A stretch of 64,000 nucleotides of DNA from Brevinema sp. (GTDB lineage: Bacteria > Spirochaetota > Brevinematia > Brevinematales > Brevinemataceae): NCBI GenBank assembly GCA_051649605.1, contig JBOFHK010000025.1, forward strand, positions 40,956-104,955. Direction: 5' to 3'. The notes below the pieces were generated by a model. The model ran no database searches. It was not told the origin of the DNA and saw only the letters and a program-made list of their open reading frames with translations. Made by a program: the position numbers and the translations under genes. Of the stretch, positions 55,979-64,000 are shown one piece after another. The number at the start of each line of letters is the position of its first letter. Within the stretch, counting starts at the first letter, position 1.

Positions 55979-56476
55979 TCAGAAAAAACTAAATAAAACC
56001 TCTACGTCAATCGTCTTACTCGTGATCGCTTGTGGATCATGACTCCCTAATAATACGGCGTCTTTTTTTATCCACCCAGCCTTTCCATAAAAGGCTACTA
56101 ACGAGGGACAACATGTAAAGACTCCGAAATCAATATTTTTATTCTTCTCGATCCACTCAGTCGCCACCTTAATAAGGATCGTCCCAAGTCCACGACCACG
56201 AAAAGATTCCTCTATTGCTATACAGCTTAGCCCCATAATATTAAAAGTCAATCCTACGTGATTAATCATCATTCGTACCACTCCTAGGTAGGTAATCATC
56301 TTATCCTCAGAATAACAATAAAAAGATTGAGCTTTTAATTCCGGTCTATGACAATTCTCTTCTTGATATCCATAAGTATGCTGAAGAAGCGTAACAATAT
56401 CGTTTTTAATCCGATCGCTTACTATGTGATAAGGAGTTGTTTCTATTTTAAATTCTTTCATTCTCTTAAGCTCCAT
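55979..56476 (-). CDS. GNAT family N-acetyltransferase
   Basis: Acetyl-CoA-binding motif FRGRGLGTILI; about 165 aa. Confidence 0.8.
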   Translation of the reverse strand: MELKRMKEFKIETTPYHIVSDRIKNDIVTLLQHTYGYQEENCHRPELKAQSFYCYSEDKMITYLGVVRMMINHVGLTFNIMGLSCIAIEESFRGRGLGTILIKVATEWIEKNKNIDFGVFTCCPSLVAFYGKAGWIKKDAVLLGSHDPQAITSKTIDVEVLFSFF

Positions 56477-56502
56477 AAAATATTTCTGAAAAAATTCTTA
56501 CT

Positions 56503-56546
56503 AATCAAATCAAACCCCTTTCTTATGAAAGGGGTTTGATTTGATT
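56503..56546 (-). terminator. Rho-independent terminator of groEL
   Basis: 20-bp hairpin aatcaaatcaaacccctttc / gaaaggggtttgatttgatt directly 3' of groEL. Confidence 0.8.
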
Positions 56547-56555
56547 AAGGTGAAT

Positions 56556-58196
56556 TTACATCATACCTGGCATTCCCATACCACCACCCATTCCGCCGCC
56601 CATTGGGGCTTCAGGGGTTTTAGAAGGAAGATCAGTAATCATTACTTCTGTCGTTAAGAGCATTCCTGCAATTGAGATTGCATTTTGAAGAGCCGTACGA
56701 GTAACTTTAGCAGGATCAACAATACCGGATTTAATCATATCTACCCATTCATTGGTTAGAGCATTATATCCTTCACCTTCTTTAGCTTCATTAGCTTTCA
56801 TGACAATAACAGATCCATCGACACCAGAATTTTCAGCAATTTTTTTCATTGGAGCTTCAATGGCTTTTCTGACAATATTAATACCGACTTGTTCTTCTTC
56901 GTTATCACCTTTTAGAGAATCTAAGGCTTTTTGAATTTTTAACAAGGCAACACCACCACCAGGAATAATCCCTTCGTCTACCGCTGCTTTCGTTGCAGAA
57001 AGTGCATCTTGCACACGATCTTTTTTCTCTTTTAATTCTACTTCTGTTGCTGCTCCCACTTTGATATTGGCAACACCACCAGCAAGTTTTGCTTTACGTT
57101 CGTTCAATTTTTCGATGTCGTAATCAGAAGTACTGTCAGCAATAGCAGAGTCGATTTGTTTGACACGCCCTGTAATTGCTGCTTTGTCTCCAGCACCATC
57201 AATAATAATCGTATTTTCTTTTTCTACACGAACTCTTTTTGCACGACCGAGGACATCAGGAGTTGCTTGTTCTAAGGTCATTCCTTTATCTTCGCTAATT
57301 ACTTGTCCACCAGTGAGAACAGCAATATCTTCTAACATAGCTTTTCTACGGTCTCCAAAGGCAGGAGCTTTTACTGCAACCGCATTTAAAGTCCCACGAA
57401 GTTTGTTGACAATAAGGGTTGCTAATGCTTCTCCATCAACATCTTCAGCAATGATTACCAAAGGTTTGCCTTGTTTGAGTACTGTTTCTAGTAAGCCCAT
57501 AATATCTTTAAGCGAAGAGATTTTTTTATCACAAAGGAGAATATAAGGTTCATCCAACTCTGCAACCATACGTTCTGCATCAGTAACCATATAAGGGGAA
57601 AGATAACCACGATCAAACTGCATTCCTTCAACAACTTCCACAAAAGTTTCCATTGCTTTAGAATCTTCTACAGTAATAACACCGTCTTTTCCTACTTTTT
57701 CCATTGCTTCAGCAATTAATGATCCAATTTCGGTATCATTATTTCCAGAAATAGTGGCAACACTTCTAATTTCTTCAGAAGTCTTAACTTCTTTAGAAAT
57801 ATTTTTAATTTGTTTGACCAGAACATCTAAGGCTTTATCCATTCCTCGTTTAATAAGAGTAGGATTGGATCCTGAGGTAACATTTTTAAAGCCTTCTTTA
57901 ATGATAGCGTAAGCTAATACCGTTGCTGTGGTTGTTCCATCTCCTGCGACATCGTTGGTTTTGGTTGCGACTTCACGGACAAGCTGAGCCCCCATATTTT
58001 CAAATGGATCTTCTAGTTCAATTTCTTTTGCTACAGTAACACCATCTTTAGTAATATGCGGTGCCCCATATTTTTTATCGATAACGACATTACGACCTCT
58101 TGGTCCTAGTGTCGTACCAACAGCTTTAGATAATTTTTCTACACCAGAAAGCATTTTTTGATGTGCTTCGCTGGAAAACAGTAAATCTTTTGCCAT
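56556..58196 (-). CDS. groEL: Chaperonin GroEL (Hsp60)
   Basis: Full-length; [16 protein letters not shown]... and a C-terminal GGM-repeat tail ([15 protein letters not shown]). Confidence 0.97.
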   Translation of the reverse strand: MAKDLLFSSEAHQKMLSGVEKLSKAVGTTLGPRGRNVVIDKKYGAPHITKDGVTVAKEIELEDPFENMGAQLVREVATKTNDVAGDGTTTATVLAYAIIKEGFKNVTSGSNPTLIKRGMDKALDVLVKQIKNISKEVKTSEEIRSVATISGNNDTEIGSLIAEAMEKVGKDGVITVEDSKAMETFVEVVEGMQFDRGYLSPYMVTDAERMVAELDEPYILLCDKKISSLKDIMGLLETVLKQGKPLVIIAEDVDGEALATLIVNKLRGTLNAVAVKAPAFGDRRKAMLEDIAVLTGGQVISEDKGMTLEQATPDVLGRAKRVRVEKENTIIIDGAGDKAAITGRVKQIDSAIADSTSDYDIEKLNERKAKLAGGVANIKVGAATEVELKEKKDRVQDALSATKAAVDEGIIPGGGVALLKIQKALDSLKGDNEEEQVGINIVRKAIEAPMKKIAENSGVDGSVIVMKANEAKEGEGYNALTNEWVDMIKSGIVDPAKVTRTALQNAISIAGMLLTTEVMITDLPSKTPEAPMGGGMGGGMGMPGMM

Positions 58197-58266
58197 TTAT
58201 AGACTCCTTGATTAGATAAATTTTTATAATTTTATTTATTAATAATATAGCAAAATTCATGCCAAG

Positions 58267-58533
58267 TTAAAAACTGATCCCCAAAAATCTTGCCAAAGAA
58301 CTGAGAATCTGACCAAAGATATACAACATAAGACTTTTTGGTCCCCAAACCTTCGTGAAATCAATCACTGCATAAATAGATTTCTTCACAAAAGGATGCA
58401 GCCGTCTAAAAAATCGAGCATTATAGATAATATTGAAGACGACATATATAAAAATTAATAATAAGCCTACCATTAAAGCAAGATGTATGATCAAAATTGT
58501 TATTCTCCCGATATAATAAATCATTTCTCCCAA
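58267..58533 (-). CDS. Small membrane protein, unknown function
   Basis: One or two hydrophobic helices. Same strand, between the 423-aa gene and groEL. No family recognised. Confidence 0.45.
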   Translation of the reverse strand: MGEMIYYIGRITILIIHLALMVGLLLIFIYVVFNIIYNARFFRRLHPFVKKSIYAVIDFTKVWGPKSLMLYIFGQILSSLARFLGISF

Positions 58534-58543
58534 AATCCCCTCC

Positions 58544-59815
58544 TTAATTGATGATATCCTGTATTCTCACGGCCTTAGCAAAACCACCAGATTTTTCTAT
58601 AAAAAGCCAAATCTCTTGGTCTTCTGTGAGATATTCAAAACTAATTCCGTTTTTAAAGGTATAAAATGGTTCTTCCATCCAATAATAAGGATCGTTTTTT
58701 TCAGTTTCAGCATTGTAAATACTCAATATTTGAAGTGCATCTTTTTGTTGTCGGTACAATAGACGTTCATCGTCTAAAATCGATAATAAAGTCCATACTG
58801 GTGTCTTACCACTCAAGGATCGAATTCGTCGATTTTTATAGAAGGTGCAAATTTGTTCTCCTTGGGTGTACTGTTCTAAATATCCTTTAGGACTCCTCTC
58901 TAAACTGCGAAAATTTGTTTTCTGTAACTTCCCATCATCAAAACAATAAACACTATTATCTAATTGTAAAAAATACAAACCTCCAATAATAGAAGTTGTA
59001 GGAGCAGTTTCTATAACTTTATTAAATCGATAAAGAATATTGTTGTTTGCAAGGTTAGCACCTGAATAATAGATAATATTTTTTTCTGTAAATAAAAACA
59101 ATATAGAGTTATACCAAGTAATATCTAACACACCTTTTTCAGCGAGGATTAATTTTTTTTCTTTTACATCGTAAACATGTACAATATTAATGTTATCAAT
59201 CACAAACAATATACTTACATAACGCCCATCCTGCGAAAAATCAGAGGAATTAATTGTAACCTTATCCCCTCGAAAATACGTTAGGGGGCTAAATTTCTTT
59301 GTGCTGTTTTCATAGAATGCAAGATTTAAAAGAGAGACATTATTGGAAAGAACATCACCTGTTAATAAAAAAATAGAGCGATTACTTGAAGCAGATACTT
59401 GTGAAAAATTTGGAAATGTTATTCGGGATTTCACCTTTAAATCAGGTAATTTATTTAAATCCACACAGTACAATTGATTGCGGTAAACGAAAGAAAATCC
59501 TTCTTCATTTACCACAGGAAGTTCGGCAAATAACGTGGCAGAATCAGAAAAATTTCTCTGATTAAAATTTAGAGCAGCAATATATTTTTGATCGACCCAC
59601 AAATCTCGATCACGATAGCGAAACTGTACACGAGCACCTTTTCGGCTCGATACCGTAATAGGAACTCCTAAATCAATATAATCGACAACTTTTTTATCCA
59701 CAAAACTCTGATAAGCAGGCACATTGTGGTCAATCACCACGAAGTACTGATTAACTAAGGTATGTACGAGTCCTGTAGTAAATATAATCCCTAATAATAG
59801 TATTGTTCTCATCAT
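58544..59815 (-). CDS. Secreted hypothetical protein (N-terminal SH3b-like segment, possible beta-propeller/TolB-like remainder)
   Basis: Signal peptide. An FSQDGRYVSILF motif resembles PD40/TolB-type blades. Abuts the topA stop, so probably co-transcribed. Confidence 0.55.
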   Translation of the reverse strand: MMRTILLLGIIFTTGLVHTLVNQYFVVIDHNVPAYQSFVDKKVVDYIDLGVPITVSSRKGARVQFRYRDRDLWVDQKYIAALNFNQRNFSDSATLFAELPVVNEEGFSFVYRNQLYCVDLNKLPDLKVKSRITFPNFSQVSASSNRSIFLLTGDVLSNNVSLLNLAFYENSTKKFSPLTYFRGDKVTINSSDFSQDGRYVSILFVIDNINIVHVYDVKEKKLILAEKGVLDITWYNSILFLFTEKNIIYYSGANLANNNILYRFNKVIETAPTTSIIGGLYFLQLDNSVYCFDDGKLQKTNFRSLERSPKGYLEQYTQGEQICTFYKNRRIRSLSGKTPVWTLLSILDDERLLYRQQKDALQILSIYNAETEKNDPYYWMEEPFYTFKNGISFEYLTEDQEIWLFIEKSGGFAKAVRIQDIIN

Positions 59816-61960
59816 CTACTCTTCTATAAATACTTCTTTATGACTACATCGTAGGCACTCTACCTGTTTTTCACCTGTCTGAAAAAATAACGTACTACGA
59901 TCATTAGGGCAAATCATCCCTGAGGGTTTTGCATTGGTGAGAAAATCACATTCAGGGTAATTCGTACAAGCATAAAATACCCTACGCCGTGCTCCTCCTC
60001 GCTTTTCAACGATTTTCCCTTTGGCACATTTCGGACAAAGCCCATAAGGAATTGCTTGGGCATTCACACATTCTGGCCATCCCGAACACGCTAAAAAGTA
60101 ACCATATTTTCCTAGTTTTTTTACCATAGGACACCCACATTTTTCACAAATTTCATCCGTTTTTTCGTCAAAAGCTCCCTTAATCGAATCTACTTTTTCA
60201 AAGGCTTCTTCAACAGTTTTATGAAAAGGAACATAAAATTCTTTAACTATGCTTTTCCACTCAATTTGTTGCTCTTCAACAGCATCAAGTTTTTTTTCCA
60301 TAGAAGCTGTGAATTCTGCACTAATCAGTTCATTAAAATTATCAATTAATAAGCGATTAACTGCTTTACCAAGGTCTGTAGGTACTAGCGATTTACCAGA
60401 TTTTTTCACATAATAACGTTTACTTAAGGTCATCATCGTTGGAGCATAGGTTGAGGGTCTTCCAATCCCTAGCTCTTCCATCGTCTTTACTAAGGAAGCT
60501 TCTGTAAATCTTGGAGGTGCTTGAGTAAATTTTTGTTCTTCTTTTAAAGAAGAGCAAACTAATAAATTACCTATTTCTAACCCTAAAGGTAATAACGTTT
60601 CTTTTTTATCAGAAAAATTCCATATTTTTTGAAATCCATCAAAAATCAACCGAGAACCAGAGCTAGTAAAAATACAATATTCTACCAATAACGTCAAGGT
60701 ACTAACTTCTCGTTCTGCAGCACTCATCTGTGAAGCAATAAAACGCCGCCAAATAAGATTATAGAGTTTATATTGATCAGAACTGAGCCGAGCTTTAATA
60801 TCATCAGGGTGTAAAGTAATTAAGGAAGGGCGGATCGCTTCGTGAGCATCTTGAGAATTTTTTTTATTAGAAAAAACATTCGGTTTTTTAGGAACATATT
60901 TTGCCCCTAAAGTTTCTTGAATATAGTGCTGAGATTCTTGAAGGGCAATGGGAGAAATCCTGGTTGAGTCCGTACGCATATAGGTAATCAAACCTGTTCG
61001 CATACTACCTAGGTCAATCCCTTCATAAAGTTCCTGTGCCGTACGCATCGTCTTTGCAACTGCCCACCCCAAAAGATTATTTGCTGTCTGTTGTAAGGTA
61101 CTGGTAATAAAAGGAGCAGAAGCTTTTGTCGACGATGGGATTGTTTTTAAATCTTGAATAAGAAAATCTTTCCCTTTAATTCTCGTCATTAAATCAGTCA
61201 TTTCTTTTTTAGAAGAGATGGTACATTGTTTTACAGGGTTTTCTACTTCATTAACAAGACGTTTATCATCAATACGGCTTAACTGTGCTTGAAATTTCTT
61301 CTTTTGAATTAAAAGCTCCGCCGTGAGATTCCAATATTCTTTAGGAATAAAAGCATCAATTTCTTTTTCTCGTTCGGTAATGATTCGTAATGCCGTAGAC
61401 TGTACCCGCCCAGCAGATAATTTACCTTTAACTTTTTTCCATAGTAAAGGGCTTAGCCCATAACCAAATAAGCGATCAATAACCCTTCGTCCCTGTTGGG
61501 CATGCACAAGAGATTCAGTAATTTCTGTTGGAGTAGAGACAGCTTTTAGAACAGCATCTTTAGTAATTTCACTAAAACGAATACGCTTAATTGGAATTTC
61601 TCTATTTACTTTAGGTAATACTTTTTCTTTAAAATAATTTTTGAGATGGCTCGCAATCGCTTCTCCTTCCCGATCAGGGTCAGACGCAAGGAGAATTTCA
61701 CTAGCATTTTTCGCTGCTTCTAACAGTTCTTTCATCACCTTACTTCGATCTCTCATTACAATGTAACGAGGTTCAAATGTTTCTGTATCAATTCCTAAAG
61801 TTGATTTGGGAAGATCGATAACATGTCCAGCAGATGCCTTAATCGTATAGGTAGAACCAAGATATTTTGCAAGAGTGGTTGCTTTAGACGGAGACTCTAC
61901 AATAACTAGTTTTGTGAGCTTTTTTTTTGTCTTTGATGATTTTTTGGTTTTTAATGCCAT
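59816..61960 (-). CDS. topA: DNA topoisomerase I
   Basis: TOPRIM (LVIVESPSKA, DPDREGEAI), the active-site region YMRTDS, and C-terminal C4 zinc ribbons. Confidence 0.96.
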   Translation of the reverse strand: MALKTKKSSKTKKKLTKLVIVESPSKATTLAKYLGSTYTIKASAGHVIDLPKSTLGIDTETFEPRYIVMRDRSKVMKELLEAAKNASEILLASDPDREGEAIASHLKNYFKEKVLPKVNREIPIKRIRFSEITKDAVLKAVSTPTEITESLVHAQQGRRVIDRLFGYGLSPLLWKKVKGKLSAGRVQSTALRIITEREKEIDAFIPKEYWNLTAELLIQKKKFQAQLSRIDDKRLVNEVENPVKQCTISSKKEMTDLMTRIKGKDFLIQDLKTIPSSTKASAPFITSTLQQTANNLLGWAVAKTMRTAQELYEGIDLGSMRTGLITYMRTDSTRISPIALQESQHYIQETLGAKYVPKKPNVFSNKKNSQDAHEAIRPSLITLHPDDIKARLSSDQYKLYNLIWRRFIASQMSAAEREVSTLTLLVEYCIFTSSGSRLIFDGFQKIWNFSDKKETLLPLGLEIGNLLVCSSLKEEQKFTQAPPRFTEASLVKTMEELGIGRPSTYAPTMMTLSKRYYVKKSGKSLVPTDLGKAVNRLLIDNFNELISAEFTASMEKKLDAVEEQQIEWKSIVKEFYVPFHKTVEEAFEKVDSIKGAFDEKTDEICEKCGCPMVKKLGKYGYFLACSGWPECVNAQAIPYGLCPKCAKGKIVEKRGGARRRVFYACTNYPECDFLTNAKPSGMICPNDRSTLFFQTGEKQVECLRCSHKEVFIEE

Positions 61961-62101
61961 GAATACTCCTAGCTTATCTAAAATTACTTATAAAATCATT
62001 ATAGAGACAAGTTAATAAAATAGTCAAGAAATAATATTTTATTTTTATGTCTTATATATCATAGATAAACCAGTCGCTCTCATTATTTTTCAGATAATTT
62101 T

Positions 62102-62767
62102 TTAACAGTTGTTACTATTTCTTTTTTGTAATAAATGCTCCATAAAGAGCCAATCTTGTTCTTCGTCAATTTCTACGTAAGTATCCGAACTCATCTCAAA
62201 TAATCCTATATTCCCAGATAAATAAAAACGATCTTTAAGAATATTTTCTCTCGTATTTATATAAAAAGCTCCATTTTCTACTAAAATCCCTTTCCAGTCC
62301 TGTCTACGCGGTTTATGAGGCATAGTATAATTTGGTACGTGAGTCTCTTCATCCCAAATAAATCGATGCTGTCGAACGACAGACAAAACAGAATTATACT
62401 CTTTCATCAATTGTAGTCCCCCTTCGATATCTTTTACTTGTACCAAAGGAGAAGTTGCCTGAACCAAGACCATTTTTTGATAAGAAAATTGCTCTGAAAA
62501 TTCTAACACCACATCAATAGTTGGTGAAGTATGCGTCGATACCTCAGAGGATCTCCCTACGACCATAATTTTATTAGAAGGGTATTCTTTAATCGTTTGT
62601 TCAATCATTTTTGAATCTGTGGCTACCACAACGGTATCTATCAAATCACATTGCGTCACTGCATCAAGAACATAATACGCTAATGGTCGTCCATTTAATA
62701 GTTTAATATTTTTTAAAGGGATAGAAACACTCCCCCCTCGCAATGGAATAAACGCAATATTTTGCAT
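62102..62767 (-). CDS. neuA: N-acylneuraminate cytidylyltransferase (CMP-sialic acid synthetase)
   Basis: AFIPLRGGSVSIPLKNIKLLNGRPL, LVQATSPL and RRQD motifs of the CTP_transf_3 family. Confidence 0.88.
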   Translation of the reverse strand: MQNIAFIPLRGGSVSIPLKNIKLLNGRPLAYYVLDAVTQCDLIDTVVVATDSKMIEQTIKEYPSNKIMVVGRSSEVSTHTSPTIDVVLEFSEQFSYQKMVLVQATSPLVQVKDIEGGLQLMKEYNSVLSVVRQHRFIWDEETHVPNYTMPHKPRRQDWKGILVENGAFYINTRENILKDRFYLSGNIGLFEMSSDTYVEIDEEQDWLFMEHLLQKRNSNNC

Positions 62768-62782
62768 AAGAACTCCTGAATT

Positions 62783-63754
62783 TTAATTGGTAAATATTTT
62801 AATAATAATTTTCAAACAAATATATGGCAGTTTAATAATAGAGTAGCATAATTTAATCAACCAATGTTCCCTTAAAAAATCCCACTCTTGTTGCAATCCT
62901 TTTTGAATAGCAATTTTTTTAATCTTTTGCACAAAGCCTTGATGAGTATTTTGGTATTCTACTCTCTCTAAGTCTAGCCTCTCTAATTCTAATCTCTCTA
63001 TCTCTAACTGTTTTCTTTTAGATAAAACCAAATCCTGTAAATAATCTTCCTCTTTCTCTTCGGGATGATAGGGGGTATCGTTTTGTACAGGAGCTAAGGG
63101 ATAATATTCAGCTAATAAGGTATTAGGAGATAGAGCATACAACTCAATTCCTTCCAAAGTAGAGGTGAATTTTAATAGATCGTATTCATATTCCAAAGAA
63201 TGATATAAAGATGCAGTAAAAGCAGGAAGAGAAGTATCTACAAAAGTAGCGAGCGTCTTAGCCTGATTAGTTTGAAAGGCGTATAGTTCTGGTTGTAAAT
63301 ACAAATCAATACCTGTAACGTAAATTTCCTGATATCCAAGGGCAATAGCTGTTAATATCATCAGTGTTCCTGTTGTAGGAGAAATGTTAAATGCAACATA
63401 GTTATCTATTACAAATTTTTTAATTTTGGGGTGCCTAAATAAAATATCAGTAGCACTCACTATAGAAGGAATATTGTGATACCAATCAAACCCTGAAGCA
63501 TTAAAGATAAGCCCTGAAACATAACGCTCTTGAAAGAAATACTCATTTCTTTTCCCCAATACCACAGAACTCGTAAAACTCTCTTCCACAGTATCTAGGC
63601 TAATAAAAAATCCTGTGATTTCTTTTCCAAGGTAATACCGATCCTCAAAGAAGAACTGATTACAACGAAAAACATCGAAATCTTTGGGAAGTCTTGCGTA
63701 ATCAATTGCTCGTAACGAAGGACCATTACCAGCAATTACAATAGATTTTTTCAT
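62783..63754 (-). CDS. GT42-family sialyltransferase (Campylobacter Cst-I/Cst-II-like)
   Basis: MKKSIVIAGNGPSLRAIDYARLPKDFDVFRCNQFFFEDRYYLGKE is near-identical in pattern to the CstII N-terminus. It also has TGTLMILTAIALGYQEIYVTGIDLY. The C-terminal tail carries (LxLER)x3. Confidence 0.88.
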   Translation of the reverse strand: MKKSIVIAGNGPSLRAIDYARLPKDFDVFRCNQFFFEDRYYLGKEITGFFISLDTVEESFTSSVVLGKRNEYFFQERYVSGLIFNASGFDWYHNIPSIVSATDILFRHPKIKKFVIDNYVAFNISPTTGTLMILTAIALGYQEIYVTGIDLYLQPELYAFQTNQAKTLATFVDTSLPAFTASLYHSLEYEYDLLKFTSTLEGIELYALSPNTLLAEYYPLAPVQNDTPYHPEEKEEDYLQDLVLSKRKQLEIERLELERLDLERVEYQNTHQGFVQKIKKIAIQKGLQQEWDFLREHWLIKLCYSIIKLPYICLKIIIKIFTN

Positions 63755-63840
63755 TATATAGCCTCTAATTTTTGAATTAATATCTATTATAACAAATATC
63801 TGACAAAAAGCAATAAAATATTCTAAAAAAACAAATACTA

Positions 63841-63849
63841 TGCTATAAT
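63841..63849 (+). promoter_or_regulatory. Extended -10 element (TGCTATAAT) upstream of comM/yifB
   Basis: TGnTATAAT about 30 nt before the ATG at 63878. No good -35 element. Confidence 0.4.
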
Positions 63850-63877
63850 TAAAGTAATTAGAAAGTTGGGGAATAAT

Positions 63878-64000
63878 ATGACAAGAGTATTTTCAGGAGT
63901 GTTTTTAGGATTAGAATGCTTAACCATAGAAATAGAAATTGATATCCGATCCAAATTAAAAAGTTTTGAGATCGTAGGATTGCCCAGCACCGCAGTCAAG
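63878..64000 (+). CDS. comM: YifB/ComM Mg-chelatase-like AAA+ ATPase, N-terminal fragment (runs off the window)
   Basis: MTRVFSGVFLGLECLTIEIEIDI...FEIVGLPSTAVK matches the Lon-protease-like N-terminal domain of the YifB family. Confidence 0.75.
   Translation, partial: MTRVFSGVFLGLECLTIEIEIDIRSKLKSFEIVGLPSTAVK

Noticed and set aside
62731-62738. Short poly-C/G run near the 5' end of neuA, considered as a phase-variation tract
   Set aside because: It is only about six residues long, below the lengths usually associated with slipped-strand phase variation. No comparable tract occurs in the sialyltransferase gene.
1-64000. Search for CRISPR arrays, tRNA/rRNA genes, transposases, integrases, toxin-antitoxin pairs or known defence-system signatures
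   Set aside because: I found no regularly spaced direct repeats, no cloverleaf-like or rRNA-like segments in the intergenic spaces, and no proteins with recognisable transposase, integrase, restriction-modification or abortive-infection motifs. The only nuclease-like accessory gene is the decayed HNH remnant at 52363-53041.

Overview
AT-rich chromosomal segment of a diderm bacterium. An orphan groEL with no groES, many lipobox lipoproteins and PEGA/TPR proteins make a low-GC spirochaete-like organism my best guess, but that is only a guess. About 60 protein genes are packed tightly, and I see no rRNA, tRNA, CRISPR array, transposase or integrase. Left to right the content is: clpB 3' end; rnhB; the rpsP-rimM-trmD-rplS operon; an HD-TPR-mutY operon; a peroxiredoxin system in which AhpF is split into two genes; an SbcD-like phosphoesterase; uvrC; a cobalamin riboswitch driving a BtuB-like TonB-dependent receptor plus an internally duplicated orphan lipoprotein; a PEGA lipoprotein; ridA; a nine-gene butyrate/acetoacetate cluster (FabG-like reductase, bcd, etfBA, MaoC hydratase, atoE, atoDA, thiolase); a lipoprotein-type SAM hydrolase; a GH2 + sugar ABC operon with an ArsR-like regulator; a complete L-ascorbate (ula) regulon; surE, corC-like and dnaN; a decayed HNH nuclease gene; a glucose-family PTS + extra EIIB + nanE; groEL; topA; neuA + a GT42 (CstII-like) sialyltransferase; and the comM/yifB 5' end. 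I do not see a recognisable defence island or mobile element. The best candidate for something undescribed is the B12-riboswitch operon, whose second gene is a tandem-duplicated lipoprotein of no family I recognise (a possible new corrinoid-capture protein). Lesser oddities are the order-swapped split AhpF, an R-specific route to butyryl-CoA, an exported SAM hydrolase, and surface sialylation genes. All calls come from reading the translations and the sequence by eye; no searches were run.
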